Source: Candidatus Bathyarchaeota archaeon
GTDB lineage: Archaea > Thermoproteota > Bathyarchaeia > 40CM-2-53-6
Direction of reading: 5' to 3'
Assembly (NCBI GenBank): GCA_963733055.1
Contig: CAVTBR010000002.1
Span: forward strand, 352,001 to 416,000
Length of the DNA stretch: 64,000 nt
Below are positions 9,365 to 17,389 of the stretch, in pieces. Within the stretch, counting starts at the first letter, position 1, and each line of letters opens with the position of its first letter. The notes beneath the pieces were generated by a model. That model was not told the origin of the DNA, made no database searches, and was given only the letters and a program-made list of their open reading frames with translations. The position numbers and the translations under genes are program-made.

Positions 9365-10897
9365 CTATTCCAGTGATGGCACGTCTTCAAGCCCGATCAT
9401 TCTGACGCCTTTGTAATCTGTGATAGGCGGGAAGTCCCTGATCACTATCACGCCTATCACATTCTTGACCACGTCAGAATCAAATCCGTGTTTGCTCATG
9501 TTGAGTTTAGCATACTCCATCTTCTCAAGAAGACTTGGAATTTTCTCTTCGACGAGTCGGCCGTCTTTCATCTTGTATCTCTTCCCGTCAACTACGCCTC
9601 TGAGGTCTCTGATCAGCTGGTCACGCCTATTCCTATGCTCATAGAATGTGGTTAACCCGCGAGCTTTCACCTCCACCACGAAGAGTGTGCCGTTACGGCC
9701 TGCTAGACCATCGATTTCCAAAGTCGCCTTCTTCTTGTCAGTCACGTTCGGAACCCATTTGAATCCCGCGCTTTCAAAGGCGGCCTTGGCTCTTTCCCTT
9801 TCGAGTTCCCTGGAACGCCTTACCGTTTCATCATGGAAATATTCGCTCAGAAGGAGCGGGTGCAATAGCAAGAAAATCATGAACGTCATCCTATGCGAAA
9901 TGAACACGTTTCCCGCTAGCAGCGGAAACAGAGGAAACGTATCGGCATTAGTGGACGAGGACAACAGAATTGATTCCGCCTGGATTGCTTTGCCTTTGAA
10001 AATCTGCCTTAGCGCTTCCCTGAAGGTAGCCAGAGGAGTAACGGTCATGGTTTCTTGCACGGCCATGAACCCGCTAGCTATCCGCAGTATCTGCAATGGT
10101 TCACGAACGACGCCCCCGTAGTTTGCAAGGTCGAACGTGTTGGCGTAGAACACGTTCTTCAGCAGTCCACAGTAGAATGAATTTAGAAGTTCGTAGGAAG
10201 TTTTGATGAAGTTCCTTGGCCGATAGCTCCCCTGCCTGGGCGCGTTCTCAAGCTTTTGCCTGATGGTTTCCCACTCTTGGCGGTACTCTTCCGTCTTCTT
10301 TCGACCTTCTTGGTCGGTAAAGATTTCGTTATTTGCAAAGGTCCGAAGGAGAGGAACGTAATCCTCATTGTAGATCACTTTGAATATTCTCAGTTTGTCT
10401 CTCGGTGTGAGCGACGAAAGCGTGAATGATTCTGTGGCTACGAGTTCGGCATAGCCCTCCTGTAGGTAGATATGCTCCGTCAAGAGCCCTAAGTAATCTG
10501 AAAACGAACGCACCAGTGCTAACGTGTTGTGCTCGTCGGCCTCAATTGTTCCGTTGAAATCCTTTTTCATCAGAAGCGCTATCAAGTAAGTGAACACGAC
10601 GGTCATGCTCAGGTCAAGTGGCTCAGGATAATTGTCGAAGTAATGTCTCGCGTACCTCTCCCTTTGCCAAACGATGTGCATGATCAACCGGGTTTTCTTG
10701 AATTGCCTCATGTATCGAAGAAATAGGTCGTATATGCGAACCAAACGTTCGGTGGAGATACTGAGCGCTAGGTCCCGATCGATTACAATTAACCCATAAC
10801 ACTCGGGACAGAGACTTTTCATCAGCAGCGGCTGAGTGAGCAGGAGCCTCGCACCGCACACTTGACATGGCATAGGACCGACTCGAAGTAGTTGCAA
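9365..10897 (-). CDS. Zn-ribbon + C-terminal NERD/PD-(D/E)XK nuclease-domain protein
   Basis: CQVC...CPEC at N-terminus; EIDGLA...FVVEVK catalytic motif; probable start MPCQVC. Confidence 0.8.
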   Translation of the reverse strand: MQLLRVGPMPCQVCGARLLLTQPLLMKSLCPECYGLIVIDRDLALSISTERLVRIYDLFLRYMRQFKKTRLIMHIVWQRERYARHYFDNYPEPLDLSMTVVFTYLIALLMKKDFNGTIEADEHNTLALVRSFSDYLGLLTEHIYLQEGYAELVATESFTLSSLTPRDKLRIFKVIYNEDYVPLLRTFANNEIFTDQEGRKKTEEYRQEWETIRQKLENAPRQGSYRPRNFIKTSYELLNSFYCGLLKNVFYANTFDLANYGGVVREPLQILRIASGFMAVQETMTVTPLATFREALRQIFKGKAIQAESILLSSSTNADTFPLFPLLAGNVFISHRMTFMIFLLLHPLLLSEYFHDETVRRSRELERERAKAAFESAGFKWVPNVTDKKKATLEIDGLAGRNGTLFVVEVKARGLTTFYEHRNRRDQLIRDLRGVVDGKRYKMKDGRLVEEKIPSLLEKMEYAKLNMSKHGFDSDVVKNVIGVIVIRDFPPITDYKGVRMIGLEDVPSLE

Positions 10898-11049
10898 AAA
10901 CCTCCTTTGTATCAGGCGACTTATTTGCCCTCTTCAGACGTGAGTTCTCACATCTCCCGAATAATACGGGAGACCCTTCGACTGAGATCATTGAGAAGTA
11001 CGACAACAGGAGCATAGCTCCGAAAACCAGGCAGCACGATATTTGTACG

Positions 11050-11679
11050 TTAATCGTGTTCCAGCTGCTGGGGCTGGGTCGATTCGGGCGGCTTTTCCGC
11101 GGGTTGGGCTGGAACGCTGCCCGGATATTGTTTCATCCGCGTAAGTCTAAGTCCGTTTTGCACGCAGAACGTGAACAGCCGGTCTGGGAAGCACTTTCTG
11201 CACCACTGTCCAGCCTCCGTAAGCTGATACTCTTTCCTTTCAGTCTCATACCTAGTCTCTGGGGAATTGATGAGCCCCATCTTGTCCATCTTCAGTATGT
11301 ATTGGCGAATTTGGGGCTGAGTTATCTCAACTCCCTTGCCCTGCGCGTAGGTTGTCATGTCTGTCTGGGACAGGGTCTCGTTGTTGTGGAAACTGCGAAG
11401 GAGAATTACGTGGATCAAATCGCCGTTGTTCGTTGTTGTCTTCAGTAGCTTTCTAACTTCGTTGGGGGCGTTCGGAATTATGACTCGACGGATGGTCCTT
11501 GCGTCGTAGCCCACTCGGCTAAGAGCGATTGCGAGGTAAAGTATGGAAAGCAAGATCGAGACGATCACTATCGATGAGTGATTCAGAAGGCTCCAGAGAA
11601 ACGAGAGCACGAGAGCTATCGGCGCCACGAAGACCAGAAACGCCGATGCGATGAGTAAGAGACGCCCCAATGACTCCAA
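11050..11679 (-). CDS. Membrane-anchored winged-HTH protein
   Basis: Two N-terminal TM helices; QIRQYILKMDKMGLI...YQLTEAG wHTH signature. Confidence 0.75.
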   Translation of the reverse strand: MESLGRLLLIASAFLVFVAPIALVLSFLWSLLNHSSIVIVSILLSILYLAIALSRVGYDARTIRRVIIPNAPNEVRKLLKTTTNNGDLIHVILLRSFHNNETLSQTDMTTYAQGKGVEITQPQIRQYILKMDKMGLINSPETRYETERKEYQLTEAGQWCRKCFPDRLFTFCVQNGLRLTRMKQYPGSVPAQPAEKPPESTQPQQLEHD

Positions 11680-11784
11680 CCGACTTTGAAAGTCCTTTGA
11701 TACCGTCTTGCAAGCCCATTAAAGATACTTTGTACCGCCAGACCTGAAATAGCCGGTTCGCTCATCTACTCTCGGTGTGAAAGA

Positions 11785-12678
11785 TTGGCTTCTGTCGAAT
11801 CAAGAATGGGCATTGTGGTGGTACTCGTGATAGTCGTGGTCGCGGCCGGAGTCTTTGTCATGTTCAATCCATTTCCTTCAAAAACACCTCAACCTCCGTC
11901 ACAACCGACCAGCGCCACGTTGAGCATTCAAACGCTCGTTCCCACAAACACGCTCTATGGAAGCCAAGTGGACGTGAAGGAGATCGCAACTAGCCAGGGG
12001 CAGGCCGCCGTCAATCCGAAGCTCACGTTGAGCGTTTCCCTGGGGAACGACACGATCTACACAAACTCACAGCCGATCAATCTGGCGTCACCATTCACGC
12101 AGGATTACACTGTCACGCTAATGGATCCGAATTCCGTAATCCAACCGTCCGCGAGCGCGGCGACCATTCAGAGCACATTATCAGCTGACAACGGAAACGC
12201 CGCACTAAACACAACCTCAATACCGCTCTGGGAACCCTCGGCAACTCTAAAGGTCGACCTACCCAACAGTTGTTTCGTGGGCATATGTAATCCGACTCAA
12301 CCCACACCGTTGAAAGCCGGAACTTATTTGTTCAACAGCGCAACGGTGCAATACATCGGAACCCAGACGCAAACATTCCAGGTCGCCGTAGGAGTCGTCG
12401 TCGGCGCCCAGACTACACCCTACTTCCAGATGAACAAGCAGCTCACACAAAGCTACAGCTACAATGGCAACACAGTATGGATAGCGGGCAGCGACACGAT
12501 CGACTTAGCACACCCACTCTGGAACGTTCCTACCAGCCCAACAGAATTCACTGTGTTAACTGGCGGTATCGCAGGCGCGCAAATCAGCTTCAACATAGTG
12601 CTATACCTCGTGGTCGGAAACGGCCATTATCTTCCTCTGAGCACGATTCCCGAAACATATCAAGTCAACCAGAGCTAG
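11785..12678 (+). CDS. Secreted/surface protein, T/S/Q-rich
   Basis: N-terminal signal anchor, Pro-rich linker, beta-rich body. Confidence 0.8.
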   Translation: MASVESRMGIVVVLVIVVVAAGVFVMFNPFPSKTPQPPSQPTSATLSIQTLVPTNTLYGSQVDVKEIATSQGQAAVNPKLTLSVSLGNDTIYTNSQPINLASPFTQDYTVTLMDPNSVIQPSASAATIQSTLSADNGNAALNTTSIPLWEPSATLKVDLPNSCFVGICNPTQPTPLKAGTYLFNSATVQYIGTQTQTFQVAVGVVVGAQTTPYFQMNKQLTQSYSYNGNTVWIAGSDTIDLAHPLWNVPTSPTEFTVLTGGIAGAQISFNIVLYLVVGNGHYLPLSTIPETYQVNQS

Positions 12679-12685
12679 AACCGAG

Positions 12686-13018
12686 ATGGGTACAGGGCTT
12701 TCCTCGAAATTTCCGCCCGATACGGAGCTTGAGCAGTGGGAGAGAGACCAGTATCTCGAGCTTTTGGAGAACAGAAACGATCTGGTCGGGGGCCTGCAGC
12801 TGCAGGGTCTGTTTCTCTTGAGAAGACGACTCAATCAGCTGAGAGACTTGCTCAACCTCCTCAACACAACCGAACTGCAAGTCAAAGGAGCGACCGAATC
12901 TCTGACTTCTCAACTCAGCAAGTTGAATTCGTCAAGCAGGAGAATTGAAATCGCAACAATATTCCTGTTGGCGGCCACGCTTCTGCTAGTCATCTCGTCC
13001 TTGCTTCACGTACTGTAG
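12686..13018 (+). CDS. Coiled-coil protein with C-terminal TM
   Basis: ATG 7 nt after upstream stop; heptads plus hydrophobic tail. Confidence 0.7.
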   Translation: MGTGLSSKFPPDTELEQWERDQYLELLENRNDLVGGLQLQGLFLLRRRLNQLRDLLNLLNTTELQVKGATESLTSQLSKLNSSSRRIEIATIFLLAATLLLVISSLLHVL

Positions 13019-13345
13019 CAAAGAAATCCGCTCCGCCTCGTACCACGAAGGCAGGTCTTCGTCTGGCCTTTTTATCGGTGGGTTAAGCATCCGTTTTGTC
13101 ATTCGTCGAAGCGGAACTGTTGGTGAGCGGCACGGAACGATAACGATGTCGGACCACAGCCAATCCTTGAACTTTACAAGAAATTGCGCTATTGGCGGTA
13201 GCGGGTCTCTGATGAGTTGGTCGCCTGCGAAGTATGCTCTCGTGACTTTGCACCGAAACAGGAGCCACTCCGTCTCTACGAGCTCCCATATCGCACCGAC
13301 CCTCGTTTGTGCGGACGAGCGAACGCGCTGTTTGATTTCCGTCAA
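12986..13345 (-). CDS. Hypothetical protein (119 aa; 3' part of track ORF 12986..14035)
   Basis: TTG start overlaps the TGA of 13342..14010. Confidence 0.45.
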   Translation of the reverse strand: MTEIKQRVRSSAQTRVGAIWELVETEWLLFRCKVTRAYFAGDQLIRDPLPPIAQFLVKFKDWLWSDIVIVPCRSPTVPLRRMTKRMLNPPIKRPDEDLPSWYEAERISLLQYVKQGRDD

Positions 13346-14010
13346 GGTCCTACAACCCCTGCGTGAAGCGACGCGAACACCGTGCCCCACTGCCCGAACC
13401 CTGTGATGAGCCCGACCACTCCGATGAGACCGAAGAGAAAGCACACCTTCAGGTCCGTGTCTTTCCAATGAAATATGGCCAGCCGTTGCTTGCCTGTTAT
13501 GCCGAAAACGCCGGCGTGAGTGGGCAGGTCGGCTACCAAGTGGCAACAACTTGCGAGCAGCCCGGCCAAGACCGTCCATTGCCAGAACACCGGAAACGAG
13601 AACCCAAGGAAAGACATGACAAACTCGAAGAGCATTCCGGCGGCCAGCCCGACGATCACGCCGACGACAGGCGCAGTGAGCACGGAGTGCGTCCTCGCTG
13701 TTCTGACCGGTATTGATTTGTTCTGTGATTGACTCCAAACCCGCCTGTGGCCGAAACCGTCGATCGCCCCATCGGTCCACACGGCGACGATCCAGAGCGG
13801 TATGAATCCGAGTATGGCTGACGAACTCACGGAACTCAGCGGTCCCGTTAGCCAACCACCCGCGAATGGAATCGGCGAGACGAACTGCGAAGCCAAGCCC
13901 ACGGAGGGAAACGTTAGCCCACTGGTTGTGATCATGGTTGTCAGGCTTGGCAGGAAACAAGCAGCTACTACGCCGGCAGAAAATATGTTGTGGATGATGA
14001 GCTTCGACAT
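13342..14010 (-). CDS. DUF1286/YdjM-like membrane metal-dependent hydrolase
   Basis: HNIFSAG, DGFGH, RTARTHS and HLVAD..THAG His/Asp motifs in a multi-TM protein. Confidence 0.75.
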   Translation of the reverse strand: MSKLIIHNIFSAGVVAACFLPSLTTMITTSGLTFPSVGLASQFVSPIPFAGGWLTGPLSSVSSSAILGFIPLWIVAVWTDGAIDGFGHRRVWSQSQNKSIPVRTARTHSVLTAPVVGVIVGLAAGMLFEFVMSFLGFSFPVFWQWTVLAGLLASCCHLVADLPTHAGVFGITGKQRLAIFHWKDTDLKVCFLFGLIGVVGLITGFGQWGTVFASLHAGVVGP

Positions 14011-14045
14011 TACTGGTCGTCCGTCTCGTCCTCAAGGATTTTGTT

Positions 14046-14205
14046 TTGTAGTAGCTTCAGTAGGTTGCCGACTGTCACGCAGAATCCCAGGCCCAGGCCG
14101 GCCCATGCGTGTTGGATTTAAACCCAGCAGGGCACCCAAGGGGTCTCCGCTGTCTCCAGCAGGAAGGTGTAGGTGACTCGAACAAGATACTGACGGCTAC
14201 TACAA
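14046..14205. other. ~160-nt element closed by a 17-bp imperfect inverted repeat (structured RNA or MITE candidate)
   Basis: TTGTAGTAGCTTCAGTA (14046-14062) pairs with TACTGACGGCTACTACAA (14188-14205); inner stems GTCAC/GTGAC, TGTTGG/CCAGCA, GCTG/CAGC. Confidence 0.55.
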
Positions 14206-14263
14206 TAGATACCAAATCCATCAGATTGACCAAGCAAACTGATGACTGGAGAGATCGGCGGAG

Positions 14264-14887
14264 TTGAGTTCCCGGGCACCCAGACTATTTCACTACGAGG
14301 AGGAACTTCGGAGCGCAGAAAGAGCTCTAGACACAAAGTTGTACCGGGCTTGTATACTTCACTGCGTGCTTGCCGTCGAGGCGTTTGTCTGGGACCTGCT
14401 GTGGGGAAACGATCATGTTGGTGTGGTCTTCCCACCCGGGACGAATCCCGTGCCGTACCAGACTGTTGATTTGATTTTCCAGTATGTGCGTCCCTGCGTA
14501 GACGAACATGGGAAACCCGCCCCAGTCTATCCACCTGATTATCAGGTCGGTCATCCGGAACTGAAGCCCTACATGGAGGCGTTCCGCAAAGCGAACAAGA
14601 AATTATTCAGAAACGGCTCGGACGGCTTACTCCTAGCTCAGGCCGTTCGGACCGGCGTAGTGAGCGCGGACGAAGCAGAGTCAGTGCGAAGGCTTCGCAC
14701 CATACGTGATTTCTGTTGCCACTTCAACCCCTACTGCCGCACGCTGCAGAACTACAAGGAATGCCTGCGGAATTTCAGCATCGAAATCGACGCATTCAAG
14801 GAGCTACCGCAAGTCGCCTCAAAGGTCTTCGAAGAAACAAGGGGGCTGCTCGACACTTGGGTCGGGCGTAGAAGAGCGCCGACCTAG
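14264..14887 (+). CDS. HEPN-like protein (putative RNase)
   Basis: Helical pattern LYRACILHCVLAVE... and Rx4H motif RDFCCH. Confidence 0.65.
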   Translation: MSSRAPRLFHYEEELRSAERALDTKLYRACILHCVLAVEAFVWDLLWGNDHVGVVFPPGTNPVPYQTVDLIFQYVRPCVDEHGKPAPVYPPDYQVGHPELKPYMEAFRKANKKLFRNGSDGLLLAQAVRTGVVSADEAESVRRLRTIRDFCCHFNPYCRTLQNYKECLRNFSIEIDAFKELPQVASKVFEETRGLLDTWVGRRRAPT

Positions 14888-14903
14888 GTTCGTTTCTCAA
14901 ATA

Positions 14904-15482
14904 TCAGAGAAAGGCGATGCTCTGAACGTCCTTCTCCGAAATGAACATCTGTTTGCCGAGGCGGAGCTTCTTTGTCGCCTCGTGGTTCCCGTCGCGGATT
15001 ATCATTTCGGGCTGGAGAAGACGGAGTTCCTTGGCCGTGTCGCCTGTCCCGACCGAGTCTAACTGGCCCATTATTTCTTGTCCTAGAGCCGTATGCACCA
15101 AGACGAAGTTCGGCTCGTTCCGCTTCAGGCTCTTCACAATTGCCCCCCACACGGTTCCCGGATGATAGCCTTGCCTGAACAGTCTCCTTCCTACTAGCCC
15201 GGGGAAAAGCCCGATCGCAATTGAGAGTGCTAGCAGCAGCGTGATGTTCTGCGGCATTAGCGCCGCTTCCCTGATCTTGTCGAGGCTATCGATCGAGGTC
15301 AGGTATGAGAAGGGGACGTATATCACGAGGCTGAGCGCGAAGCTGATCACCGTCATATCGAAGTCTGAGAATTTTCGGTCGTACGCGAATACCCACGCAA
15401 AAACCTTGGCCGAAACGAAACCCGGGACTAACAGTACGACCAGCACAAGAGCGTCCGCTAGCGAGGGGAGGTCGAGGACCAT
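14904..15482 (-). CDS. DUF6338-like membrane protein
   Basis: LLVPGFV start, three TM helices, TVW motif, soluble beta C-terminal domain. Confidence 0.7.
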   Translation of the reverse strand: MVLDLPSLADALVLVVLLVPGFVSAKVFAWVFAYDRKFSDFDMTVISFALSLVIYVPFSYLTSIDSLDKIREAALMPQNITLLLALSIAIGLFPGLVGRRLFRQGYHPGTVWGAIVKSLKRNEPNFVLVHTALGQEIMGQLDSVGTGDTAKELRLLQPEMIIRDGNHEATKKLRLGKQMFISEKDVQSIAFL

Positions 15483-15491
15483 GTTCTCCCT

Positions 15492-15641
15492 CTACTGCTT
15501 CTTGTCTTCCTTCTTGATCGGCTCAGGTTGAGGAACGGGCGGAGGGGTTGCATTGACCGACGCTGCGAGATCTCGTCGTTCGCCCTGGAAGACCTGGAAG
15601 TACTCTTTGATTTTGACGTCCTTCTTTTCTTCGTCGCCCAA
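15492..15641 (-). CDS. Small Pro/Lys-rich peptide (49 aa; below ORF-track cutoff)
   Basis: Own translation MGDEEKKDVKIKEYFQVFQGERRDLAASVNATPPPVPQPEPIKKEDKKQ; stop 9 nt before the DUF6338-like ATG. Confidence 0.6.
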   Translation of the reverse strand: MGDEEKKDVKIKEYFQVFQGERRDLAASVNATPPPVPQPEPIKKEDKKQ

Positions 15642-15771
15642 GGTTAACCACGATGACCCCGTTGGATCCTAGTTATTAGTTCTACAGGTTGGGACGGAAC
15701 TCGTTGAGCGTTTGGTCGGTAGGCTTTTGGAAACGATTGATGGCCACATGCACGGGATAATTGTAATCCGT

Positions 15772-15969
15772 TTACTGCTTGTCCAAGTCTATTCCCAGTT
15801 GCTTCTTGGCCTCTTTGATTTTGTCTGTGTAGTCGAGACCCACGCCGCTGTCGGGACCACCGCACTCCTCCCACTCGCCTCCATCAAACGACTTCAGCAT
15901 ACCCTCGAAGTTGTAGCTGACCGAGTGGCCTGCGGCAGATTTGTTTTCGTCCTCATGCTTCTCGCTCAT
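15772..15969 (-). CDS. Small acidic hypothetical protein (65 aa)
   Basis: Overlaps end of the MTase gene; GAGGTGA RBS-like sequence upstream. Confidence 0.5.
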   Translation of the reverse strand: MSEKHEDENKSAAGHSVSYNFEGMLKSFDGGEWEECGGPDSGVGLDYTDKIKEAKKQLGIDLDKQ

Positions 15970-17389
15970 CAGTGTTCACCTCGCTGAATTGAAGAAGTCC
16001 GTTCCTGTGAAGTTCGGTCACGGGCGTCGGCGGTCTCTTGCGCTCGTGCCTGATGCGGTAGTCCGCCAGCCTTCGGTAATCTTCCGAGACCTCAATGCCC
16101 AACCAATCCCTTCCAAGGTTCTCGGCGACCAGCCCGCTTGTGCCCGAGCCAAAGAACATGTCCAGCAGAATCCCTGGTCTGTGGCCTGCGCCGCAGCCGC
16201 AGTCAGTCCAGCCGACCGTCTTCTTGACAGGCGTCAAGATGTCTTTCTGCGGCATCTCCCGCTTGTCGCAGAACGCCCATGGATTGGTTCTTCGCTCGCC
16301 CCACTGCTGATTGACTTTGTCGATTGTCTCCACGATGCGGACTCTCGGCTTGCCACACTTCGAGCAAACCCACGCGGGACAGCCTGCGAGGATCAGTTGT
16401 TTGACGAGATCCTTCGGGAATGTTGCCGTGTGAGTGAGCCAGTCCGTGGCTCCGCAGGCGCACCGCCTCGTGAAGTGTTTCTTGTGCGCTCTCTCGCCCA
16501 CATCGCCGCGGTTGGGTCGTCTCAGTCCGCTGTAGTTCCTGGGTGGGGCTTCGACGGCTTCGAGCACGTCCCAGTCAGTCTTGGCGTAGACTTGCTTGCA
16601 TCGCTTGCAGAGCTGGTAGCCGAGCAGCGTGGGATTTGCCGTGATGACGTTGCGGGCGATTCTCCACAGGTCAGATGTCTCGGAGCTTCTCTCCTGCACG
16701 GCGAAGGTATCATAGTAGTAGTGCCCGGCCTTCGTTAACATATAGACGAATTCCCAGGTGTTCGTGCGGCGGTCCTCTGCGGACTCGGGTCTAGCGTTCC
16801 GCTTGACCCACGCAATTCGGTCCCTGAGATACCACCCATCCTTTTGGAGGGCGGCGACGAGCTTCTCTGGGACGAGACAGAGATCTTTGCCCTTGAGTCC
16901 GATGCCCGCACGGCCGTAAGGTCGGAGATAGTCGTCGCCTCTCCCGCCACCTCTGAAGTCCCCGCCAGGACTCCCTGAGCCGCAGTAGCAGTCGCCTACG
17001 TTCAAGTAGCACACGCCGTCGCTGCGCAGCTTCTGCCTCGCAATGCGAAAGACTTCGACGAGGTGCTCGACATAGAGTTCGACCGACGGTTCGATCCCCA
17101 GGGCCCCACGCCAAGCGCTGCAGATGTGGCAGAATTCTCCAGCGTCATGGGCGGTCCACTCGTGGACGCAGTGTGGGTTTCCGCCGAGCGCTTGGTTCTG
17201 CTCGCCGCCTGCGTAAAGGCGCTGCGAAAGATAGGGCGGAGAAGTGACTATGCAGCTGACGGCGTTGTCGGGCAGGGTCATCATCATCGTGGCAGCGTCC
17301 CCTTGTAGAATTCGGTTGACGGCGAGGGTTGCCGTCTCCGACATCAGTTCGGCGCCCCCTGTTCGAGCCCGTTGCCGTAGGTCGCCCAT
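15953..17389 (-). CDS. Site-specific DNA methyltransferase (N4-C/N6-A, beta class) with Zn-ribbon insertions
   Basis: TSPPY motif IV precedes DMFFGSGT motif I; CHIC, CKRC, CACG, CSKC and CGCG clusters; probable start MSETA at 17345. Confidence 0.92.
   Translation of the reverse strand: MGDLRQRARTGGAELMSETATLAVNRILQGDAATMMMTLPDNAVSCIVTSPPYLSQRLYAGGEQNQALGGNPHCVHEWTAHDAGEFCHICSAWRGALGIEPSVELYVEHLVEVFRIARQKLRSDGVCYLNVGDCYCGSGSPGGDFRGGGRGDDYLRPYGRAGIGLKGKDLCLVPEKLVAALQKDGWYLRDRIAWVKRNARPESAEDRRTNTWEFVYMLTKAGHYYYDTFAVQERSSETSDLWRIARNVITANPTLLGYQLCKRCKQVYAKTDWDVLEAVEAPPRNYSGLRRPNRGDVGERAHKKHFTRRCACGATDWLTHTATFPKDLVKQLILAGCPAWVCSKCGKPRVRIVETIDKVNQQWGERRTNPWAFCDKREMPQKDILTPVKKTVGWTDCGCGAGHRPGILLDMFFGSGTSGLVAENLGRDWLGIEVSEDYRRLADYRIRHERKRPPTPVTELHRNGLLQFSEVNTDEREA

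Noticed and set aside
12986-14035. 349-aa ORF as one protein
   Set aside because: The 5' two-thirds is an Arg-rich alternative frame over the DUF1286-like gene; only 12986..13345 is plausible
14083-14135. SRP RNA or tRNA (CAGGCCC..., GGATTTAAACCC)
   Set aside because: Lacks the GGAA tetraloop/AGCAG helix-8 geometry and a cloverleaf; too short for archaeal 7S RNA
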